This document shows, in pieces, positions 51,794 to 59,573 of a DNA stretch of 64,000 bases; position 1 is the stretch's first letter, and each line of letters begins with the position of its first letter. Origin of the DNA: a virus. The stretch is from positions 10,000-73,999 of the IMG/VR virus record IMGVR_UViG_3300014836_000691. One strand, given 5' to 3'. The notes below the pieces were generated by a model. The model saw only the letters and a list, made by a program, of their open reading frames with translations, was not told where the DNA came from and ran no database searches. The translations under genes were made by a program, and so were the position numbers.

Positions 51794-52281
51794 TGGCGAC
51801 ACGAAGCACACAGGCTAACTTGCTCCGTTCGGACATTAAGGGCTTTGATGCAGTCCCAGTAGAGCGAGGAACATCCAAGGTGAAAGACGGCTATGTAAGG
51901 GTCTATCACCAAACATCCCCAGAGAACATAGAGTCTATTCGCAAGACTGGTTTGCTTGTGGAGAAATCAAGGTCGTCCTCCGAATCCAGAGGAGTTTCCG
52001 TATCTGACACCCCATTCTACGGAAATAACCCTAATCTTGTTACTATCGAACTTCAAATCCCAAAGGAAGTTAAGGCAAAATCCCAAGGTCTTGCCCTTCA
52101 GCAAGACATTCCAGCAAGCGACATACTGGCTATTCACGAACCTTGGCACGACAAGGTTAGATACATTGAACAGAATCCAGTTACGCTGAAAGAAGTTCTA
52201 AACGGAGACTTTGACTATCTTCTTAATGACGAAGAATATGGCAGGGCTGTTCGTTATATTAAAGGAAAGGAACAGGCTTAA
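51793..52281 (+). CDS. MATRS-leader protein 18, His-type ART-like
   Basis: MATRSTQANLLRSD; VYHQTSPENIESIRKTGL; DIPASDI. Confidence 0.65.
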   Translation: MATRSTQANLLRSDIKGFDAVPVERGTSKVKDGYVRVYHQTSPENIESIRKTGLLVEKSRSSSESRGVSVSDTPFYGNNPNLVTIELQIPKEVKAKSQGLALQQDIPASDILAIHEPWHDKVRYIEQNPVTLKEVLNGDFDYLLNDEEYGRAVRYIKGKEQA

Positions 52282-52916
52282 TGGCGACCAGAAGCACAAG
52301 CAAATCCCTCAATTCCGACCTTCCTAGTTCTGGGAGTGAAACATTGTTCAATCTGGCAAACGCAGTTTATTTACACATAAGGGGCAACTGGGGGTATAGA
52401 ACACAGGCAAACCTAGATAGGTTAATCGAAAACAAAAAGGACATAGTGAGGCTGTTCAAGCAACTTCCAGAAGACATAAAGAAGGCGTGTTCTGGCGAAG
52501 CGGATGGGAAGCCTCTTTATCGTGGCGTGAGCGTGGATACCCTTAAAGAGTTTGGGGAGTGGAATAACGGAAAGTTTGTTTATGGATTCACGGACAGCCT
52601 TAACACGGCTAGAAGGTTTGCCAACGGACACACGGAAAACGGCTCAAGAGTCCTTACATTTGACGACATAGACTCGTATGGGGGCGTTATTGACCTCAAA
52701 AAACTGTCGAATGTAATCAAAGACTACAACAAAGATAAGCCGTTAGGCGACCATATCAAGGATTTTGGTGGATTTTCCGATGCCTACGGAGAGACTGAAT
52801 ACTTGGTTTACGACATTAAGTTTAAGACCAGACCAGACGGCAAGTTCTACTCAGATAAACCGTATGAGCAAGGGGCTTGGGATAACTACGAAAGGTTCAA
52901 CCCCTTGAACGCTTGA
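52281..52916 (+). CDS. MATRS-leader protein 19, ART-like
   Basis: MATRSTSKSLNSD; LYRGV, FTDSLNTARRFA, GETEYLV. Confidence 0.7.
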   Translation: MATRSTSKSLNSDLPSSGSETLFNLANAVYLHIRGNWGYRTQANLDRLIENKKDIVRLFKQLPEDIKKACSGEADGKPLYRGVSVDTLKEFGEWNNGKFVYGFTDSLNTARRFANGHTENGSRVLTFDDIDSYGGVIDLKKLSNVIKDYNKDKPLGDHIKDFGGFSDAYGETEYLVYDIKFKTRPDGKFYSDKPYEQGAWDNYERFNPLNA

Positions 52917-52919
52917 TTT

Positions 52920-53549
52920 ATGGCGACTAGAAGCGGGAACAGAAACGGAAGCGAGTCCCTTCGCTCTGACCTTTCTCAAGGCGGTGACTCGGATGCAAGG
53001 ATGAGAGAGCGAGTGCTTCGTTCTGCAATAGGTAGCAAGGCTGAGGCTAAGAGCATTAGCGACTTCACCAAGGAACTGGAATACTACCAGTCCAACCGCA
53101 GAAACAGGGATAAAAGCCGTGTTATTAAGGCTTTCAATGAACTCCCATCAGCCGTTCAGAAATACATTTCTGAGCCAGCCAATAAGATTAAAGAACTCTA
53201 CCGTGGCTTTGACAATAATCCCGACAGGCAGGGCGTAGCGTCCTTTACGGACAACTACCAAGCGGCTCTCAACTTCGGAAGCAAGGTCATTAGGTCAAAA
53301 GACTTAGAAAAGTTTGACGGAATAATCAACACGCAGAAGTTTATGAAACTGCTGGATACGAGTGGCAAGGCGGGCGGTTCGCTTGCCGATTTGGTCGCCC
53401 CAGAGCATAGGTTGCGTAGGGACGAGGGTGAATATATAGTGTATGGGGGAGTATATAAAAAGAACATTGGAGACAAAGACTGGATGGAAGAAAACTCCCG
53501 CTTTATGATGGAAAACTACGGCGTTAAAACCCCAAAGGTTAAGCCGTAG
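52920..53549 (+). CDS. MATRS-leader protein 20, ART-like
   Basis: MATRSGNRNGSESLRSD; LYRGF, ASFTDNYQAALNFG, DEGEYIV. Confidence 0.7.
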   Translation: MATRSGNRNGSESLRSDLSQGGDSDARMRERVLRSAIGSKAEAKSISDFTKELEYYQSNRRNRDKSRVIKAFNELPSAVQKYISEPANKIKELYRGFDNNPDRQGVASFTDNYQAALNFGSKVIRSKDLEKFDGIINTQKFMKLLDTSGKAGGSLADLVAPEHRLRRDEGEYIVYGGVYKKNIGDKDWMEENSRFMMENYGVKTPKVKP

Positions 53550-54045
53550 GCAACTTCCGCAGTAGCGGGTTGTGGACATTGAAATACCAGTCGGCTAGCA
53601 GGAGTGCGTCTGCGGTCTGACCAGTCAAGTCCTTCCGAACCCCATATGTCTGCTTGGCGTATTCCGTAAGGAGACGCTTCCACTCGCTGTGCTTCATCTC
53701 GCCACGCTTAATGCCCTTCTCGTCTCTTATGTGCCGTTGCCAGTCCTGCGGGGTAACCTCGATAGGCTTAATGTCCTTAGCCGCCAGATAGCCCAAGGTG
53801 ATGCCAAAGGCTTCAAACAAGACCGCTATGCGGGAAGACGGAATCATAGTCCCCATAAACCTTGGGGGACGCTCGATAACCACGCTACTGATTTCTTTGG
53901 TTTCCGCAAAATGCCTGTCCAAGACAGGCTTCAAGGTTTCCATCGTATCCCCTGTGAGTTTCTCTAAGACGAACTTATTGGTTTCCAAGTCCCAGACACA
54001 GATGCCTCCGTTAGCCCCAGAGTCGATGCAGATTAACTTACTCAT
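53539..54045 (-). CDS. RuvC-like Holliday junction resolvase
   Basis: ICIDSGANGG, VVIE, VTPQDWQ, ADALLLA. Confidence 0.85.
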   Translation of the reverse strand: MSKLICIDSGANGGICVWDLETNKFVLEKLTGDTMETLKPVLDRHFAETKEISSVVIERPPRFMGTMIPSSRIAVLFEAFGITLGYLAAKDIKPIEVTPQDWQRHIRDEKGIKRGEMKHSEWKRLLTEYAKQTYGVRKDLTGQTADALLLADWYFNVHNPLLRKLPTA

Positions 54046-54510
54046 TTATCGTGGCAGGGTTTCTTTGAGTTGGGATGCGATTACCGAAATAGCCCTATGC
54101 GTCCGCTTCGGCAAGGACGAATACCTGCAATCGTGTTCTTCGATGAAGCACGAAGGGCCTCTGGCATAAGCCGCATAAACTTCCCAGTAAGTGGGCTTTC
54201 TTCCTAGGTGCTTTTCTAAGACCCATCCACACCACCGAAGATAATCTATGGCGTATTGTTTGGAAACAAACCTGTCGTGGGCGTAAGACCACGGATACCG
54301 ATAACGCTTTTCCTTGGCACGAAGGGTGTTTACCTGCTTCCAAGCGATTTCCCACATCTGATAAGCCCCTCTAGCCTTGCCAGAGTCGCCCACAGCCTGT
54401 GGGTCATTATTGGATTCTGCAACAGCCACCGCATCAGCAAGGCTGTGATAATTAACACCTTGGCAAATCAAGGGGATAAAGAAGAAGATACTAGTTAGGT
54501 AGGTCTTCAT
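54046..54510 (-). CDS. lysozyme-fold / lytic transglycosylase with signal peptide (candidate endolysin)
   Basis: MKTYLTSIFFFIPLICQG signal; AESNNDPQAVGDSGKARGAYQM. Confidence 0.75.
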   Translation of the reverse strand: MKTYLTSIFFFIPLICQGVNYHSLADAVAVAESNNDPQAVGDSGKARGAYQMWEIAWKQVNTLRAKEKRYRYPWSYAHDRFVSKQYAIDYLRWCGWVLEKHLGRKPTYWEVYAAYARGPSCFIEEHDCRYSSLPKRTHRAISVIASQLKETLPR

Positions 54511-54796
54511 CGCCTTCTGTTTCTTCAAAAGCGTCTTGGATACGCTCCAATGAGGCATCTAAGTCCTCTTCGGAACTTCCTTCACACTCGATAACTAGAA
54601 TTGCCTCAACCATCCGTGCAAGCCTCTGGGCTTCTTGACGATTGTTCTGGGCAAGGGCGATATTCAGAGCGAACCAGATAAGGTTTGTGGCGGCCGCTAC
54701 TGAGCAGGAAATGTTATTGTCGTCTACTGGAGAGCAGAGGGGTTCGACTGTTCGACCACCAATTTCTTGGTTCTCAAAGACGGAAATCTGTTTCAT
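54491..54796 (-). CDS. hypothetical protein
   Basis: ORF track. Confidence 0.55.
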   Translation of the reverse strand: MKQISVFENQEIGGRTVEPLCSPVDDNNISCSVAAATNLIWFALNIALAQNNRQEAQRLARMVEAILVIECEGSSEEDLDASLERIQDAFEETEGDEDLPN

Positions 54797-54868
54797 AGTG
54801 AAGAGGTTAGGGGTTTCTTGGGCTAAGACAAGATTAAAGATTGACGACAGTCAACCCTGTGTTAGCGT

Positions 54869-55075
54869 ATGGGGATGGACAACGACACAAACGACAACCC
54901 GCTAGCACCCGACCAGAACCTCACCCTCAAAGGCAAAGGCATCTGGGTAAACCCTGTCGCAAAGCGACTTGCCCTTGGCTGGGCTAGGGACTTGTCCAAC
55001 GAACTGGCTTGGGAAATTGAAAATATCAAAGAGAACGAAAGAATCCGCTTGACTGGTGACTCGGACAAGGCATAA
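54869..55075 (+). CDS. hypothetical protein
   Basis: ORF after the TTGAC motif at 54841. Confidence 0.5.
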   Translation: MGMDNDTNDNPLAPDQNLTLKGKGIWVNPVAKRLALGWARDLSNELAWEIENIKENERIRLTGDSDKA

Positions 55076-55096
55076 CACGACCTCCCACAACACACT

Positions 55097-55909
55097 ATGA
55101 ACCCAGATAACAACGAAATCATCGAGGTCAGCAACAACGCTGTCCTATCCAACAGCAACGCTATCTACAACAAGATTACCGACCCCATTCAAGCGATTGA
55201 AAAGTTGGGCGAGATGATTTGGGGTAGCGGTATGTTCGGTTGCGTGAAGCCCGAACAGGGGATGGTGCTGGCTATGACCTGTCTCGCAGAAGGCAAAGCC
55301 CCGCTGGAACTCGCCAAGACCTACCATATCATCGAAGGTAAACTGACGATGCGTTCAGACGCTATGCTGGGACGCTTCCTGTCTACTGGTGGTAAGGTGA
55401 AGTGGCTGGTTCGCACCGACAAGGAAGTGAAGGCTCTCTGGTCTAAGGACGACTCGGAGATTGAGATTGGCGTTACGCTGGACGAAATGACGAAGAACGG
55501 CGTGGCTATTGGCAAGGACAACAAACTCAAGGTCAACTGGCAGAGATTCCCTCGCCAGATGCTTACGGCTCGTTGCATCAGCGAAGCGGTGCGTCTCCTT
55601 GCTCCTCAAATCGTCTCTGGTATCTATACGCCCGAAGAGGTGCAGGACTTCTCGTCCGCAAACCAGTCTCTCCCCGCTAAGGTCGTCCAAGCCCTTCCTG
55701 CTCCTGTGCAGGAGGTCAGCGACCCCAAGGCAGAGGTGGTTAGCCGTCTCTCGGCTTTGCTCGACAAGTATGAACCCAAGGCAACTGAATACCTCATTGT
55801 CAAAGGCTACATTAAGAACGGTCAGACCTATCGTGACCTTGACGCAATCACGGCTCAGCGTATACTAGGCAACCCCTCCAAGATTATTGGTATTCTGGAG
55901 GCGGTCTAA
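55097..55909 (+). CDS. RecT/Red-beta-like single-strand annealing protein
   Basis: SGMFG, YHIIEGKL, NWQRFPRQMLTARCISEAVR, GIYTPEEVQDF. Confidence 0.8.
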   Translation: MNPDNNEIIEVSNNAVLSNSNAIYNKITDPIQAIEKLGEMIWGSGMFGCVKPEQGMVLAMTCLAEGKAPLELAKTYHIIEGKLTMRSDAMLGRFLSTGGKVKWLVRTDKEVKALWSKDDSEIEIGVTLDEMTKNGVAIGKDNKLKVNWQRFPRQMLTARCISEAVRLLAPQIVSGIYTPEEVQDFSSANQSLPAKVVQALPAPVQEVSDPKAEVVSRLSALLDKYEPKATEYLIVKGYIKNGQTYRDLDAITAQRILGNPSKIIGILEAV

Positions 55910-55948
55910 TTTCCACAACACACGACACACACACAACACGCACTAACT

Positions 55949-56887
55949 ATGTCCGAAACCGAACTCTACAAGACCCAGACGGAGGTCACCGAACGCCAGA
56001 CCAAGCAGGATGCTCCTGCTATCGCACAGGGGGTGTATGACAACATCCAAGCAGATGATTACCACCGTATCTTCGGTCTAACAAAATCTGGTCTTATGGA
56101 AATCCGCAAGTCCCCCGCCCACTTCTGGCATTGGATGAACTCTCCAGCCGCCGAAAGCACTAGGGCTATGAACATTGGCACGGCTTGCCACACGCTCGTC
56201 TTTGAACCCCATAAGTGGAACGAAGAGATTTCGGTTATTCCTGCTGATGCTCCCAAGAAGCCCACCAAGGCTCAACTGGAAGCCAAGAAGCCTAGCGAAG
56301 ACACGCTTGCCGCCATCAAGTGGTGGGAGGACTTCCGTTCGACCTCCAAGGGTCGTGCCACTATCACGGCTGAAGAAGAAGTCCAATGCCGTGCCTTGGC
56401 TGAGGCTGTGAGAACGAATGAGGAAGTGGCGAGTCTGCTTTCCCACCCCGAAGCGAAGGCTGAGGTGTCTATCGTCTCTGTTGAGAACATCAAGGGACTC
56501 GACCTAGTGTGCAAAGGTCGTTGCGACCTTCTGACCAAGGATAAGGACGGCAACCTTGTGATGGTTGACCTCAAGACCACGGAGGATGCCTCGCCAGACG
56601 GTTTCGGTAAGAGTTTTATGAAGATGGGATACTGGATGCAGGCCGCACACTATCTTGCCATCGCTCACAAGTCTGGTCTGGATGTTAAGAAGTTCATCTT
56701 CGTTGCGGCTGAGAAGAACCCGCCCTACTCCACCGCCCTCTACTCGCTCACGCAAGCGGACTTGGAAAAGGCTTGGCGTATCAGAACTCGTCTGATGGAG
56801 ACACTTTCTGATTGCATCGCTCGCAATAACTTCCCAGCCTACTCGAAAGGCGTTCACGAATTGTCGATGCCCTCTTGGATTTCCTAA
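55949..56887 (+). CDS. RecE/ExoVIII-like PD-(D/E)xK exonuclease (DUF3799 type)
   Basis: YH..GLTKS, GTACHTLVFEP, KGRCD, VDLKTT, YWMQAAHY. Confidence 0.9.
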   Translation: MSETELYKTQTEVTERQTKQDAPAIAQGVYDNIQADDYHRIFGLTKSGLMEIRKSPAHFWHWMNSPAAESTRAMNIGTACHTLVFEPHKWNEEISVIPADAPKKPTKAQLEAKKPSEDTLAAIKWWEDFRSTSKGRATITAEEEVQCRALAEAVRTNEEVASLLSHPEAKAEVSIVSVENIKGLDLVCKGRCDLLTKDKDGNLVMVDLKTTEDASPDGFGKSFMKMGYWMQAAHYLAIAHKSGLDVKKFIFVAAEKNPPYSTALYSLTQADLEKAWRIRTRLMETLSDCIARNNFPAYSKGVHELSMPSWIS

Positions 56888-56921
56888 CCAACCCAGATAA
56901 ACAACCAACCCAACAAAGCAA

Positions 56922-57338
56922 ATGAGCAAGTTCAAAGTAGACCTCAATTCCTCTGACCGTCCCGAAAGGTTCACGGACGAAGGCGAATACACCGTGACCA
57001 TCCAGAGCGTGGAGCGTAACCTCACCCCGCAGGGTATCGAGAAAGCCCTTATCATCTTCTCTGACGACAGGAATCGCTCCTGCAAGGACGACCTTCTGAA
57101 CAAGGATACCGTCTACTGGCGACTCAATCAACTGATTGTCGCTACTGGTATGAAAGTGCCTCACGGCACGGAGTTCGATTTCTCCAAGTCGGGTGAGTTC
57201 TTCAACTTCGTCAAGTCGTTCGTTGGTATGCGTCTCGCTGTGACGCTCAAGAAGGACTCCTACGAGAAGAACGGCGAAACCAAGACCTTCCTCAAGGTCG
57301 CCAAGTATTCCAAGCCGAAGGAAGACAACCCCTTCTAA
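56922..57338 (+). CDS. putative single-stranded DNA-binding protein (DUF669-like)
   Basis: EGEYTVTI motif, acidic C-terminal EDNPF, follows RecET-like genes. Confidence 0.7.
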   Translation: MSKFKVDLNSSDRPERFTDEGEYTVTIQSVERNLTPQGIEKALIIFSDDRNRSCKDDLLNKDTVYWRLNQLIVATGMKVPHGTEFDFSKSGEFFNFVKSFVGMRLAVTLKKDSYEKNGETKTFLKVAKYSKPKEDNPF

Positions 57339-57367
57339 TTTGTTGGTTGGCATAGTCGTTGTTGGCT

Positions 57368-57398
57368 GGAGGGCGGTGCGAAAGTGCCGCCCTCCTTT
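57368..57398 (+). terminator. rho-independent terminator
   Basis: GGAGGGCGGTGC-GAAA-GTGCCGCCCTCC followed by TTT. Confidence 0.75.
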
Positions 57399-57439
57399 AT
57401 GCCCATTCACTACGGTTGACTTGCGACAAGGTTGCAAGG

Positions 57440-57856
57440 ATGCCCTGCACTTGCATAAATTGTCAAAAGGACTTCAAGACAAAGCACAGGGCTGTTGCTA
57501 AATATTGCTCTAACGCTTGCCAAGCGGACTTTCAGCGTAAGAAGATAATCAAGGACTGGCTGGAGGGTAGGTTTAGTGGGAACAGGGGAAACAACGCCAC
57601 GGTTTCTCGCTCGGTTAAATACTATATGTTTGAACTTAATAGGCACAAGTGCCAGAAGTGTGGATGGGGCGTGAAACATCCAAAGAGTGGCAAACCACCG
57701 CTTCAAGTTCACCACAAGGACGGCAACTCTCAGAACTCAAAGATATCTAACCTTGAATTGCTCTGCCCGAACTGTCATTCCCTTACCGACAACTTTGGTA
57801 GTCGCAATCGTGGTCGAGGTCGCCACTCTCTGCGTAGGTTGACTAGACCCAAATAA
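57440..57856 (+). CDS. HNH endonuclease
   Basis: CQKCG, LQVHHKDGN..N..ISNLELLCPNCHS. Confidence 0.9.
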   Translation: MPCTCINCQKDFKTKHRAVAKYCSNACQADFQRKKIIKDWLEGRFSGNRGNNATVSRSVKYYMFELNRHKCQKCGWGVKHPKSGKPPLQVHHKDGNSQNSKISNLELLCPNCHSLTDNFGSRNRGRGRHSLRRLTRPK

Positions 57857-57860
57857 TACC

Positions 57861-58553
57861 GTGGCTACCAGAAGCGTATCACAGACCGCCTTGCAATCGG
57901 ACAAGATTGGAGTGATGACACTTCCAGATGGAAGCACACAGCAAATCAGAGTTCCTGCTGGCATTATGAAGGCTGTTTTTGGTGGCAGAGTCGTGGAGTT
58001 GCCAGCGAAGCCTATCGTTAAAGTCCCCAAGAAGGGTGATGCAAAGGTGTTAAATGACTCCCTAGGCAAAGAGGTCAAGGAAGTTAACCGAATTATTGGA
58101 TTGTCCAGAGTCGAGAACGCTATTATCTATCTGAACGGAAAGCAAGTCCTGCTTCGGCAGGGCAACGACACCACTATCAAGTTTACCAAAGCAGAGATGA
58201 AGATGATGAAGGGTGCTTTAGTCACCCACAACCACCCTTACGGCACATCCTTTTCGAGAGCAGATGTGCTTATGGTTCGCCAAAACGGAATCAAGGAACT
58301 CCAAGCCGTCTCCACCAGAGAGGGTTTGCTCTACAGGATGAACCCACCCAAGGACGCTAAGTTCTGGAAGACGGATATGGAAACCATCTTTGCCGACCAC
58401 GAACTCTTCCGTGCGGCTATCTATAAGACTTATGGGTATGAAGGGGAGAACATTTCCAACGCTCCGACTGAAGTCCACGCCGCGGCAATCAATCAGTCGA
58501 TAAAAGCACTTGACTTGAAATACCAACTCGGCTACACAATCGAAAACCTATGA
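57861..58553 (+). CDS. MATRS-leader protein 21, JAB/MPN-like
   Basis: MATRSVSQTALQSD; VENA...VTHNHPYGTSFSRAD. Confidence 0.75.
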   Translation: MATRSVSQTALQSDKIGVMTLPDGSTQQIRVPAGIMKAVFGGRVVELPAKPIVKVPKKGDAKVLNDSLGKEVKEVNRIIGLSRVENAIIYLNGKQVLLRQGNDTTIKFTKAEMKMMKGALVTHNHPYGTSFSRADVLMVRQNGIKELQAVSTREGLLYRMNPPKDAKFWKTDMETIFADHELFRAAIYKTYGYEGENISNAPTEVHAAAINQSIKALDLKYQLGYTIENL

Positions 58554-58714
58554 GCATACCCAAGAAGTTCAATCCAAACAAACTGGATACTAAGCAAGAC
58601 CTGTTCCCAAACAAGAAGCAGAAGCAGGAAGTCCCGATTAAGAACCTTCCTCCGAAAATGAGTCCGCAGGAAATCCTGCGTAATTGCGACCCTAAGAAAA
58701 AGGACTGCAAGTAA
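58550..58714 (+). CDS. 54-aa basic hypothetical protein
   Basis: ATGA overlap; translated by hand. Confidence 0.45.
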   Translation: MSIPKKFNPNKLDTKQDLFPNKKQKQEVPIKNLPPKMSPQEILRNCDPKKKDCK

Positions 58715-58717
58715 AAC

Positions 58718-58739
58718 GAGGGGCGAAAGCCCCTTTTTT
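58718..58739 (+). terminator. rho-independent terminator
   Basis: GAGGGGC-GAAA-GCCCCTT followed by TTTT. Confidence 0.85.
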
Positions 58740-58787
58740 GTGCCTTGCGTTCCAGTTGACAACAGGCAAAAACATAACCCTACGAAT

Positions 58788-59567
58788 ATGGCTACCCGCA
58801 CATCTTCTAACCAGTTAGGCTCTAACCCGCTTCCCCCGCCCCCAGCCCCGCCTACGCCCGAAGAACTGGCTGAACTTCGCCGTAAGGGTCTTATTGGCTC
58901 TGGTGAGGCTACGGAGATTATGATGCGAACCGAAGGCCCTGCTCGCAACCCCGAAAGACCAACAGGCACTACTATCGAGGTTGACGGCCCTCTTCGCACT
59001 CCCAACAACGACCCGACTATCGAAGTTGACGGCCCTCTTCGTATCCCCAGAGAGCCTATCGACCCGACTGTTGAGACACGCTATCCAACGGCATTTGAAT
59101 TAGGCTCGGATACCAGCGGTGGCTGGCGACCCTCCAAGCAACTGGAAGAAATCTACACTCGCAGACTTGAGGCTGATGGGCTTAGCCGTTCTGACGCTCA
59201 GTCGGCTATGGAGGCTATCCTTTTGACCAAGAAGCCGACCCCGCCAGAGCGTGTCAAAGAAATCGCTACGGAAACCTTCCGTCAACTTGGCGGTGGCAGA
59301 CTGCGTATGATTACAGGTGCTAAGGACATTTATTCCCAAGACTTGGGTGATGGCGATGCCGCCTTAACCTTTGCCCTGCCCGCTGGTAAGGGTAATCGCT
59401 ACGATGTTACCGTTCCTTACAATAGCAAAGATGACACTTACGGTCTGACCATCACAAAGAGAAATCGTGTGGTTTACGACAACGAGAAGGGCTTTGATAT
59501 CGGTCAAGTTATGGACACCATCGAAAGGGAAACCAAGGTCTACCTTACGCTGGGAAGAAGGGGCTAA
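58788..59567 (+). CDS. MATRS-leader protein 22, Pro-rich N-terminal region with internal LGSD
   Basis: MATRTSSNQLGSN; two TIEVDGPLR repeats; C-terminal IATETFRQLGGGRLRMITGAK domain. Confidence 0.8.
   Translation: MATRTSSNQLGSNPLPPPPAPPTPEELAELRRKGLIGSGEATEIMMRTEGPARNPERPTGTTIEVDGPLRTPNNDPTIEVDGPLRIPREPIDPTVETRYPTAFELGSDTSGGWRPSKQLEEIYTRRLEADGLSRSDAQSAMEAILLTKKPTPPERVKEIATETFRQLGGGRLRMITGAKDIYSQDLGDGDAALTFALPAGKGNRYDVTVPYNSKDDTYGLTITKRNRVVYDNEKGFDIGQVMDTIERETKVYLTLGRRG
58971..59048 (+). repeat. 45-nt-period direct repeat in coding sequence
   Basis: ACTATCGARGTTGACGGCCCTCTTCG at 58971 and 59016. Confidence 0.85.
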
Positions 59568-59573
59568 TAACCG

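Noticed and set aside
39191-53549. MATRS array as integron cassettes or toxin-immunity pairs
   Set aside because: Most intergenic gaps are 0-10 nt with no attC-like palindromes, no integrase is present, and there are no alternating small immunity genes.
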